This document shows, piece by piece, positions 1 through 9,950 of a DNA stretch of 64,000 nucleotides. The stretch is from Adineta vaga (taxonomy: Eukaryota; Animalia; Rotifera): the NCBI GenBank assembly GCA_021613535.1, contig CP075494.1:806001-870000 (forward strand). The letters are read 5' to 3'. Position numbers and translations under genes: made by a program. The notes under the pieces were generated by a model. It did not search any database. It had not been told where the DNA came from and saw nothing but the letters and a program-made list of their open reading frames with translations. The first letter of the stretch is position 1. Every line of letters starts with the position of its first letter.

Positions 1-3000
1 TGTACCATATCGAATTAAATTTGGTGTTATATCTGATGGAGTTATTTGAATATAAGCAACTGAAGATGAAGCAATATTTGTTGCATTAATCATAGTTACA
101 GTTAATTTCATTTCATATAAACCATAAGATAATATTTGTGATGGAATATATAATTCACTAAATGTTGTTATTATATTTGAATCAGATGGAATCTCTTGTA
201 AACAAGATGGATTACATTTTTTGATTCTCCAACGAGTTATCATTGATGATGAACTATTACATTTTAATTCAATATATGAAACTATTGTAAAATCTTCACT
301 ACGACGAAATTGAGTTGGTGATGATATTGTATTAGTATTGGGAATCAATGTTATTGAAGGTGGAAGACATACTATAGAATATGTACTTTTAGTGTTTTAT
401 TTATAAATTTTGAATGATTAAAATAAAACCTTTGTGAAGACGAAATTTGTTTTTTCGGAATCGAAATTTCTTCTACACAAGACAAATTCCTCAAAACAAA
501 GCTTTTTTTTCTAATACTGTCAGTGCTACGATCCCTATAAATGATTTTCTCTATAAACATTCATTGCTAACAAACCTTTTACAAATACCAGTGTTTTTAT
601 ACTAGTAGTAGTTGTTGTCGTTTGAATTGCAGTTGGTACACTTTGATCTGAAATGAATTAAATATTTTAGTGAGAAGTTTTGAAATAGAAAGATTAGTCA
701 ATTCTAAGCAGTGCCATTGGATTGTCAATGAACATAATATCAAAGATTTACTTACTACATGAATTCATTGATAAATGAAATTTCTGAATGCGATTATTGC
801 TGGTATCCGTAACAAATATGTTTCCATTACTATCAAAACTAAGTGTCGTTGGATAATATAACTGATTCGATAAACTTCCCCCACCAGTGCATCCAACGAT
901 ACATCGAAATCCGTTTGGTCCTGATCCAATGATACGATGATTGTTTCGTTCGACGATGAAAAGATATCCATCAGCATCAAGCGCAACTCCAGTTGGACGT
1001 GCAAGTGAAATTGTAACATTTGAAGATGAAGTGCCCGCTGCTGTAATTCCATTGAGTTGTCCCGATCGAAAGAGTTGAATTCGATTGTTGTAAGAATCTG
1101 CTACATATAAGTCGAAATTGATATCCACAAAGATTCCCCAAGGATAATAAAGCATAGATGAACCACTGCCAGCATAACCTATACCAGCAACAGCCGTCAC
1201 AGTGGATGAAATGTCGTATATCCATCTTTTCACAACTTGATGATAACTATACATTGAACAATAGAGAGTATCAGTAAGATCAACAAAAAGACCATAACAT
1301 ATTGAATTAATATACATGACAGGAACACTGGTATTTGTTAACATTGATCGTTTATCTACTCTTGCAGTCGCCCATACATTATCGATGTAAATATCGCCAT
1401 TTGTTGTGACAAAAAGTGAGTATGCATTCATATAGGTTCCATATATTGATTGTGTTGGAGTAATACTTGCATTCGACCATATTCGAATTCGATAACTGGA
1501 TCGATCAGCAACATAAATTGTGTTATTAGTTGAAACAAATATGCCATAAGGATATGTTCCAATTGTATAACTACTAGCAAAAGTGATTGCATTCGCACTC
1601 CATGTTGCATATGGATCAAGTTTCGGTTGATTATATGAAGCACCTAAATACAGTAAAACAATATAACGATAGAATCTCTATAAATCATATTTTGAATTTC
1701 GTTTGTTTGATACTACGTTTTATGATGTTATATCATGAAATATCGATCATAACTACCTGTTTGAATTCGTGGTACTACTACGACAGTTCGCTGGGTCGTT
1801 ATTGTAACTGAAGTATCAGATGGAAATGTGTTTGACAATGTGATCACTAAAAGAATATTTATTTTAATAAATAAATGAAACAGAATTTTCTCTTATCGTT
1901 ATTCATACTTGATGTGGCAGTTGTTTCTGAACGAAACGGAAAATTTTTAGGAAAAGCTCCATGATTATTTTCATTTTAGCGGACTCACCGTATGAATTTA
2001 TTGATAAATGAAATTTCTGAATGCGATTATTGCTGGTATCCGTAACAAATATGTTTCCATTACTATCAAAACTAAGTGTCGTTGGATAATATAACTGATT
2101 CGATAAACTTCCCCCACCAGTGCATCCAACGATACATCGAAATCCGTTTGGTCCTGATCCAATGATACGATGATTGTTTTGTTCGACGATGAAAAGATAT
2201 CCATCAGCATCAAGCGCAACTCCAGTTGGACGTGCAAGTGAAATTGTAACATTTGAAGATGAAGTGCCCGCTACTGTAATTCCAGTCGATTGTCCTGATG
2301 GAAAGAGTTGAATTCGATTGTTGTAAGAATCTGCTACATATAAGTCGACATTGTCATCAACAAAGATTCCCCAAGGATAATAAAGCATAGATAAACCATT
2401 GCCAGCAGAACCTGTGCCAGCAATTACTTGAAACGCATTTGAAATGGTTTTTAATGACTTCGCAACTATTTGATGCTGATTATACATTGAGCAGTAAATA
2501 TTTTCATTAATATCAACGAAAAGATCAAAGCATTTGGAACATAAATATAATACGGGGGTTCTATTGAATGAATATGATGTGAGTTTATCAATTCGTCCCA
2601 TTGAATTGTCATTATCCACATAAATATCACCTGCTGGTGTTGCAAAGAGACTGTATGGAGATGATATATTACTCGAGATATTTCGTATCGGTATTGCATT
2701 TCCTTCGGTCCATATAACAACACGACTATTTGCTTTATTTGCCACATAGACTGTGTTATTCGTACTGATAAAAATATCGTACGGATAGGTTCCAACGGTT
2801 TTACTATCTGCAAAAGTAATTGCAGAAGAATTCCATACTGAATTAGAATAAAACTTCGGTCGATTATATGAAATAGCTAAATGAAAAAAGTAAATATCGT
2901 AGAGGATGTGACTATTTTATCTTTTTGAACAATTGATACACACTCACTTCCACATTCTCAATTTTATTAATTACTTACTCGACACTTGTCCTATAATCAT

Positions 3001-3025
3001 TGCAATAATGATTAATATTTTCCAC
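1..3025 (-). CDS. 5' part of multi-exon secreted/membrane protein: two NHL beta-propeller modules, Thr-rich linkers, start of REJ-like domain (polycystin-1/PKDREJ-like); continues beyond window start
   Basis: ORFs 1903-2745 and 748-1431 carry NHL motifs (YYPWGIFVD, LYVADSYNNRIQ). Exon 1-370 reads CLPPSITLIP...FRRSEDFTIVSYIELKC...SELYIPSQILSYGLYEMKLTV (REJ-like). Signal-like exon near 2981-3025. Start codon not resolved. Confidence 0.8.
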
Positions 3026-3886
3026 CTATCAATGAATATCATTGTGAATACAATGAAAATATTTTGTTATATCTGATTTGTTCAGTAATAACTTCAAATA
3101 ATAAGAAAATAATTTATTTGATTTCTGAAAACAAGAAAAATCCACTGCAATGAAACTCATAATTGTTTTGTCTTTATATTTCTTCTTCTTCCTAGTTTCC
3201 GTCTCATGACGAATCTTCAGCATCACGGTATAGGAGAACGAGTTCTTTGTTTGTTCTATAATAAGAAAGTTTCTTACAAAAGTTCATTAATGATTTTCCA
3301 CTATTATCTACAAGACGAAAAATAATTTGATTTGTTTGAAGTTGATAAAATCAAATTAAATTCTTGGAAAATCATATATTTGAATATTATTCAATGATTT
3401 TGTTAAACTCATAAAAAAAGGTAAATAATAGCATCGTCAAAACTAAACAAACACATGATTTATATTATAACGATAAATACTAAATATTGACATAAATCGA
3501 ATAGACTTTTTTTTTTGTTCTATTAGTGAACTAGCGGATGTACCAGTTGAAGACAGACTTAATTGAGCTTCTGTATCATCAACATGACTATTCCCACCGT
3601 ACATAAAATGGCATTCACCCTACGATCTGAGAGTTTAGAGGGTACCGTGTGAATCTTCTGCTCTTGCTCTCTACTCATCATCACTTCTGTCACACACGTC
3701 TGTCCCACAGCAAAACACGTAAGACGTAGATGCTGACGAACGTATCTCATACTTAGAAATGTGTAGCGAATGAATAAAATCGCAGTTTAGTAAAGACTGA
3801 GTGAATCGTCATCCGACGCAAGCAGTCATATGGATCTGCCTGTACTTGCCAGTGAATCACGTGAAATTGCATGGCGAGTTAGTCGC

Positions 3887-3990
3887 GCTACCCATGTAAA
3901 AATAAACGGTAAAAAGTCAGATTTTATTGGTTTTCTCGAAAAAGTCGATTTTAATCATATTCTCCATTAGTTTTTTTCTACATGGGTAGC
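3887..3990. mobile_element. Short MITE-like inverted-repeat element
   Basis: GCTACCCATGTA at 3887 and its perfect reverse complement TACATGGGTAGC ending at 3990. Confidence 0.45.
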
Positions 3991-4319
3991 CATCAAAGAA
4001 ATGCAGTATCCACCACCGTGCTGATAGTTCACCTAATTTTCACTATCGCCTATTTCCGTTGGTGGTGCTATTTCACTCTCGATCTTCTTCTTGACCTAGA
4101 GAAGGTTCACGGAAAGTTTGGTGATGTTAGTTATAGCAGGAGCATTTGGGTCAGATTTCAACCACCAACCCTCAAGACATGTTATGATAACTAAACTATG
4201 ATAATTTGTCCTTTTATTTTTCGATAACCAGAATAACTGTAAATGATACTTAAATCATAGAATTGTTATAGTGTTTTACAATGTTTAGAATATTAGTCTG
4301 AGAATTGACACACCAAAGT

Positions 4320-5048
4320 TTATTGTACGGTGACGGGTGATAGAGGATTGACATTGGAGATTGTCTCGTTTGAATGTGCAAGTATGGTTTTTGTTTGATA
4401 ACCTTGCCAGACTAAATCGGCAAGCTTCGCGATGTATTTTGGCACAAGATCTGATGGTACAAGATTTGGTGGCAGAAGAAGAGGATATTCATTGACCTTT
4501 TCCATAACGTATTCGTTCAGATCTCTGGTGAGTCGACCCAACAGATCTTTCTCATGATCAAATATGTTGCCTCTCATTATACAGTCATAATCCTGAGCCC
4601 AGGTGGTGAACTTCATCGGTTCTGCACAGAAGATATAAACGACTGGTTCCATCGATGGTGATATTATTTGTTCAATATCAGGAACAATTTCTTGAGCAAG
4701 ACTACCTTGTATAATACAGAATACTTTTCGATTTTTCACGTTAGATAAAGATTCGTGACAACTCTTCACAGTATCCATTGCTTTGAAACTATTAGTAAGT
4801 CGGCGAAATTCCATTTTGAGATCTCTACAGTTCTCGTCGAGACCAATGTGTTTGTCGAGCCAGAGTATCATCATGCCACATTGGTCGAAGACGTCGATTG
4901 GAAAAATAGGCTGTTCAGAAAAAAAAGACTTTATAACAAATAAAAGAGGTTCATTCTGATTTAAGAATGATTCAAGCTTTAAGGGCAATAGCATCTGAAG
5001 GAACGGGAAATTGTCTACATTCCATTGTTTATCATAAACGAAGAACAC
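4320..5048 (-). CDS. Unknown protein with receiver-like alpha/beta domain of the kind seen in bdelloid ART/TPR proteins
   Basis: ILWLDKHIG...KVFCIIQGSLAQEIVP...VYIFC...WAQDY...IFDHEKDL pattern; true start uncertain. Confidence 0.55.
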   Translation of the reverse strand: MFFVYDKQWNVDNFPFLQMLLPLKLESFLNQNEPLLFVIKSFFSEQPIFPIDVFDQCGMMILWLDKHIGLDENCRDLKMEFRRLTNSFKAMDTVKSCHESLSNVKNRKVFCIIQGSLAQEIVPDIEQIISPSMEPVVYIFCAEPMKFTTWAQDYDCIMRGNIFDHEKDLLGRLTRDLNEYVMEKVNEYPLLLPPNLVPSDLVPKYIAKLADLVWQGYQTKTILAHSNETISNVNPLSPVTVQ

Positions 5049-5063
5049 CCGACGAAGTGATCT

Positions 5064-5124
5064 ATATGGGTGGGTGTGGGCATTGCTGCCTGCTATTTAT
5101 CACTATAACTACACTCACATCTAT
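5064..5124. repeat. Telomeric-repeat palindrome copy (degenerate)
   Basis: ATATGGGTGGGTGTGGG ... ACACTCACATCTAT. Confidence 0.55.
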
Positions 5125-6088
5125 ACAATTTTACTACTGAGGTTGTATTATATCCACTTACCACTGGTTGTTCAGTAAAACCATTTGGTACAGGAATATC
5201 TATGGCAAGTATTTCTTTCTGTTCACAAATCTCAGTACTTTCATCTATAAAGTTGTTTTTTGTATCGAATCTGTCGGAATCTTTTACTGCTCGTTTACAA
5301 TAGGCAAGAAAGAGTTTGTTGTAATGTTTCACTTCATTCTCATCTGAAAAACAATTTTTGTCTATGCATGTCGTTGTTTCAATAAAATTTTGCAGGGAAC
5401 GCTTGGACTCAATAGTGTCTCGAGCATAACGGTGCAATTCATTTTCGTAAGCATCAATGCAATCTGGATCGTCTCTATAGCTTAAGTAAAGAAGCGCTTC
5501 ATCCAGTGAGAAACCATATTTGTCGGCTATTATGGAGAGATCCTTTCTAAACTGTAAATTTGATAAGTGCTGATGTAATCGGTCATATGGCTCGTAATTG
5601 TTCGCATTTTGGACACTTTGTTTACTTTCTAAATGGCGAACATCGTCGTACATAGTATTGAGTAGTTCACTAATAAAACGATGTTTGACGATCAATGATG
5701 GTGTTTTTCTAATGTCGGATAACTTCTCTTTCACAAGAGTCACAATCTTGTTTCCGTATTCTGCCTGAACTGGATCGATAAGACTGATAAATACAGCAGT
5801 CAAGCCAGTGACAAGAAAGCTCAAAGAAATCGGTTTTTGGCCATTGAGTATTTTGGCCAAAACTTCGAGTTGACGATGAAGACGACTTACTGATCGAATT
5901 TCATCAATAGATTTCTGCCGTATTACTTCAAGTTTAGACACCTGCTTGCCAAGTTTATCAGTATCCTCTCCCTTATTACAAGATTTTAGATGTGTGAATA
6001 TTTCATGCAGAGTTGTGTCGTCGGAAAAAATATGTGCATCGATCAGATACTGAACAATAGCTTGAATACGTTCGACGACTGAGTCCAT
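5093..6088 (-). CDS. Hypothetical helical protein (331 aa ORF; 3' end probably spliced at GTAAGT 5161)
   Basis: Long ATG-started ORF with protein-like composition; no family recognised. Confidence 0.6.
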   Translation of the reverse strand: MDSVVERIQAIVQYLIDAHIFSDDTTLHEIFTHLKSCNKGEDTDKLGKQVSKLEVIRQKSIDEIRSVSRLHRQLEVLAKILNGQKPISLSFLVTGLTAVFISLIDPVQAEYGNKIVTLVKEKLSDIRKTPSLIVKHRFISELLNTMYDDVRHLESKQSVQNANNYEPYDRLHQHLSNLQFRKDLSIIADKYGFSLDEALLYLSYRDDPDCIDAYENELHRYARDTIESKRSLQNFIETTTCIDKNCFSDENEVKHYNKLFLAYCKRAVKDSDRFDTKNNFIDESTEICEQKEILAIDIPVPNGFTEQPVVSGYNTTSVVKLYRCECSYSDK

Positions 6089-6613
6089 CGTTCAATTGAT
6101 TATCTAGAAAAAACGATAAATCGCTCCTTAGTTTGATGATATATATATATAACAGATCTCAAAAAGTATGAAACGTAAAATATTGCGAGGTTTACATGGA
6201 TATAGTCAACATTTCAGAAAAAAGATATCTTATGAAAGAAATTCGGTCTTTTAAAAATGCATTCTCATCAAACAACGCAGAAGGGGGATCATTTCTTTTA
6301 CTTCGTATTATATATGTATGTTGCAAGACGATAGAATAGAGGCATGATTACGGTCGTTTCTAAATCAACAAAAGCTACTTTTAGATGCTCACCATCGTTA
6401 AAAAGTGTGCCGGTGAATAATCTGGTGAAAAGAAAAGAAAACAATTCATCAAGGTTGCAGCTAATGCAAAAGAGTCGACTGAGTGAGAAACAAAAAGCAC
6501 AACGAGATTGCTTTGTGAAGAGAAGAACACTCTCATATTTTTAAAAAACACATAAAGTATTCTTTCTTTTATCATTACTACGAAAGTTCTTTAGCTGTTG
6601 CCGCTTCTCAACT

Positions 6614-7453
6614 ATGCTGGACGCTAATATCGTTTCTGATGCCTTTCGTATTACAGAAGAACTCTCTTTGCATGCTACAGATATTGTTGTGGAACATTCA
6701 CGGAATTCATCAATGAATTCGCGTGAGATATCCTTTCTCACGTCATTGGAATTGGGCGACTGCCAAGATGAAGAAGAGTTAACCTTGACAATCAATTTTT
6801 ATATTTTATGCTTTCCGGAAGAAACTGTTGATGCATTTTGCAAGCTGTTTTTGAAAATGTTTCCGATTGTCTATGATTCTCTTAAAAAATTTGAACAAAA
6901 GCATTTAAAAACAAATCTATTCAGTGAATTACTCGAAATACCAGTGGACAACGTACATGGATTTCTTCACGAAAACAAATGGAGTCCTAGACGACACTAC
7001 ACCGCCTCTATGCTGAAAATATTGTTTGAACGTACTGAACCATCCTACCATGATATAACAGCCAAGGAAGAGATGTACCTAATGCAACAATTCAAGATTT
7101 CAGAACCTAATGAATGGAGTGCAAGGGAGAAGTATGAAAGTAGAAGCAAAGTTCGATCGCAACTCTTTGCATTGTTCCGCGTCTTTCGTGACGTAGGTGA
7201 ACGATATGGTTTTACTGATACAAAAGTGTTCATTAAATATTTACTTGATAAAAAGGAACGAAATAAGAAAGTTCATTTGACAGAAGCGTTTCGTAGTGTC
7301 TGGAGAACTACAGACAGTGGGACAAGCATAGTTGGCAGTTTCGATTCATTTCTAAAGGATGTAATAAGCCTACCTATTGAGATCTGTCCCGATCATCTCT
7401 TATTTACTAAATCTTTCAAACATCGTTGCATGTCACAAGCCGACGACTGGTAA
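6614..7453 (+). CDS. Hypothetical protein (279 aa ORF, possibly one exon of a spliced gene)
   Basis: Long ORF divergent from 5093-6088; no family recognised. Confidence 0.55.
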   Translation: MLDANIVSDAFRITEELSLHATDIVVEHSRNSSMNSREISFLTSLELGDCQDEEELTLTINFYILCFPEETVDAFCKLFLKMFPIVYDSLKKFEQKHLKTNLFSELLEIPVDNVHGFLHENKWSPRRHYTASMLKILFERTEPSYHDITAKEEMYLMQQFKISEPNEWSAREKYESRSKVRSQLFALFRVFRDVGERYGFTDTKVFIKYLLDKKERNKKVHLTEAFRSVWRTTDSGTSIVGSFDSFLKDVISLPIEICPDHLLFTKSFKHRCMSQADDW

Positions 7454-8305
7454 TACTTAATAGAAAAACAACCTTAGTTTTTAGATTTTCTATGAGTTAT
7501 TTTCGAAATAGGTTCAAAGCAAATGACGATGTATTAGTAAATATGAGTGCAGTTGGCAACAGTATTACGACTACGCAATCAAACACAGAAGTGAGTTTAC
7601 CGACTGATTTGAATATTTCCAATGTAGCTCAGATATTTTCCCGGTTAGAAAAGATGAAGTGTGTTAATGTAAGTATGGGTTTGAGTTAATGGATATAAAT
7701 GTTTCTTGGCTATAGTAGCATGAAAGTCACAGTCACTCACTTATCCACAACCACATTCGCCTAAGAAAAATATGTTTAATAGTCTCAAAATAATCTCCTA
7801 CTTATGTTATCAGCTCTATAATCAATATCAGGTAAACTTTACGTTGGAATATGACGAACTTAGCTGAGAAAGTCTTTTAGAACTAACTATTGTTAATTCT
7901 TTTGATAAATCAATGCTAATATATTTCAACATCGTTCTTTCTCTATTATAGGATGCCATGGTAGAAGCAAAATTTCTGCGAAAATATCCGAGCACATTCC
8001 AGCCGGACACTTATATAGTTCGACCAAAAAACCAGACAGTAACAAATAAAACAGGCAAAGCGAACATTCACCGACCTCGAAGTCCGCATTCGCCACATTA
8101 GAACTCACATTATACTGTGTGTTTTTGTTTATTGCTTTTACTCCTTTTTCGTAAGAACATTTTAGGCCTCCTTTAGATGAGTAATGAAATAAATTGATGA
8201 TATAAGAGCGGTTCGTTCAAACGGATAACTTTTGTTGAGAGAGCTCTTAGTGATTAGAGACCAGTGCTCGATGGTGATCGAATATGAAGCGATATACATA
8301 TACGT

Positions 8306-8394
8306 CGAGGGTGTGGGTGTGGGTGTGGATGAGTAAGTCAGTGTTTCTATCCATTCACACCCATATACACTCACACACACCCACGCCCTTAAGA
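8306..8394. repeat. Telomeric-repeat palindrome copy
   Basis: GAGGGTGTGGGTGTGGGTGTGG ... CACACACCCACGCCCTTAAGA. Confidence 0.85.
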
Positions 8395-8611
8395 TGGCAC
8401 GGCCTATGTGGCAGACATGGATAATCATCGAATAATGTGCTGGTGTCCGGGAGATAGATGTGGAAGCATTGTTCTTGGAGGAAACGGTCAAGGAAAACAA
8501 GCGAATCAGCTTAATAAGCCAATAGGTTTATCGTTCGATCGATGGGGAAATCTCTACGTGGTCGACTCTGAAAATCATCGGGTGCAACAGTTCCAGCTTC
8601 AAAATTCGTAG
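8393..8611 (+). pseudogene. 5'-truncated NHL-repeat gene fragment
   Basis: DGTAYVADMDNHRI...NQLNKPIGLSFDRWGNLYVVDSENHRVQQF*; begins directly after the palindrome with no upstream NHL sequence. Confidence 0.7.
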
Positions 8612-9196
8612 AAATGAATTAGTCTTTTCGGTTTTCCTTCGAGAAGAACAAATAAATTACGAGAGAAAGTCCAGAATAGAAGTCAAATATTGCTTGGAGA
8701 TAATGACTCGTTATGGCTCTTAGTCGTGCGAGTGCGTACTTAGGGGTATCCAAAAGTAATATCGTCCCTATTCTATTTCCTTATTAAATGGTCGCAACAA
8801 AATTCTTTTTTTACAGAAAGATAGAGAAAATGAAACTGCATTTTTCTAGACCATTTCATCATATTCAACTAAGTATCATAGGAACGAAATTTCGAGCATA
8901 AGTATCTTCGTACGAAACTTAACTTTTGTATTATGTGGTAGTTTCGTCGTTCCTGTGCAATTTTCGCTCATTCTTTGTTTTTTTACTTTTTTTCGTCTGG
9001 TCCGCCGCTTAGACGTCCATCACAGAGTATCCGTCTCGTATAGACATAACTTATTTGTATACTTCTGGCGAAGGCAAAAAGACAAAAGTCGACTTCAAGT
9101 TGAATACCTTATCTGTTTCTGATGAGTAAGGAAAACATTCGGTTTTACATAAAAATGCGCACCGCGCTTAATATCGAGTCACAAATGATTTATGAA

Positions 9197-9246
9197 GAGG
9201 GTGGGTGTGATTGTAAGATAGATGAAGTACCCACACCCACACCCTC
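9197..9246. repeat. Telomeric-repeat palindrome copy (spacer family C)
   Basis: GAGGGTGGGTGTG-ATTGTAAGATAGATGAAGTA-CCCACACCCACACCCTC. Confidence 0.85.
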
Positions 9247-9319
9247 CTGAAAGAAATATAACTTTTATATGTTCGATTTTGAATGTGTATACGTTGTCTT
9301 TATTTAAGACAGAGGGGAG

Positions 9320-9391
9320 AATCGGATAGTTTAATTGGTAGAATAGCCGACCGGTTATCGGAAGATGTAGGTTCGAGTCCTGCTCTGTTTC
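9320..9391 (+). tRNA. tRNA-like gene or pseudogene; nominal anticodon GGT (Thr), identity uncertain
   Basis: Cloverleaf: acceptor AATCGGA/TCTGTTT (1 mismatch), D arm GTTT-AATTGGTA-GAAT, anticodon stem CCGA/TCGG with loop CCGGTTA, T arm GTAGG-TTCGAGT-CCTGC. Confidence 0.65.
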
Positions 9392-9530
9392 TATAATCCT
9401 TCTTCAATAGGTTACTCGTACTTATTGACGCGTATTTGTGGATACATTCTAATCAAACTTTAAAAGAGTTTCATCGTGGACAAGTCTTAAAGATCAATAA
9501 TTAGAAGTCTTTCTACTTTTATTTCAAACA

Positions 9531-9558
9531 CAACCACACCCACACCCACCCACACCCA
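9531..9558 (-). repeat. Single-arm telomeric repeat tract
   Basis: CCACACCCACACCCACCCACACCC; a second degenerate C-rich arm lies at about 9670-9708. Confidence 0.6.
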
Positions 9559-9950
9559 GCTTTTTCGCAGGAGTTCGTAAATACTGTTGTACAAAATATC
9601 GTAACAGAAAAATAGAATACATCTGGCGGGCCAGTTGTGACGGCGATTTAATATGAAAAAATATTCATGCTCACATCCACCCAACCACCATCACACACTC
9701 ACACTCTAAGCTGTGAGTTCTGGTAACAAGAAAAGAAAGAAATGTAAAATATCGCTGTATAAAAATATCTTTTATCTTGTAAAAGAATCTCATTATACAT
9801 CGCAAAAGGTAGAATGATAAATATAGATAAGAAAGTATAGCACGAAAGAGATTTCTACGTCATTTTTAATGTATATATAGTAGACTTTTATTCAGTAACG
9901 ACTAACAAAGTCTTCTTCACAAGTATTGCTACTATTCCAGTATTAAAAAA

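Noticed and set aside
765-2813. Alternative-frame ORFs overlapping the NHL exons (765, 977, 1428, 1998, 2466)
   Set aside because: Shadow frames of real coding exons; their duplication merely reflects the DNA repeat.
5049-5161. Splicing ORF 5093-6088 onto ORF 4320-5048
   Set aside because: The GTAAGT donor at 5161 is phase 0 and none of the nearby AG acceptors restores the downstream frame.
8162-8500. Short ORFs with VWVWV/HTHTH/PTPTP runs (also 9487, 20698, 23255, 23752, 27015, 27064)
   Set aside because: These are translations of the stop-free telomeric palindromes, not genes.
9119-9160. Possible hammerhead ribozyme (CTGATGA...GAAA)
   Set aside because: No credible stem I or stem II pairing.
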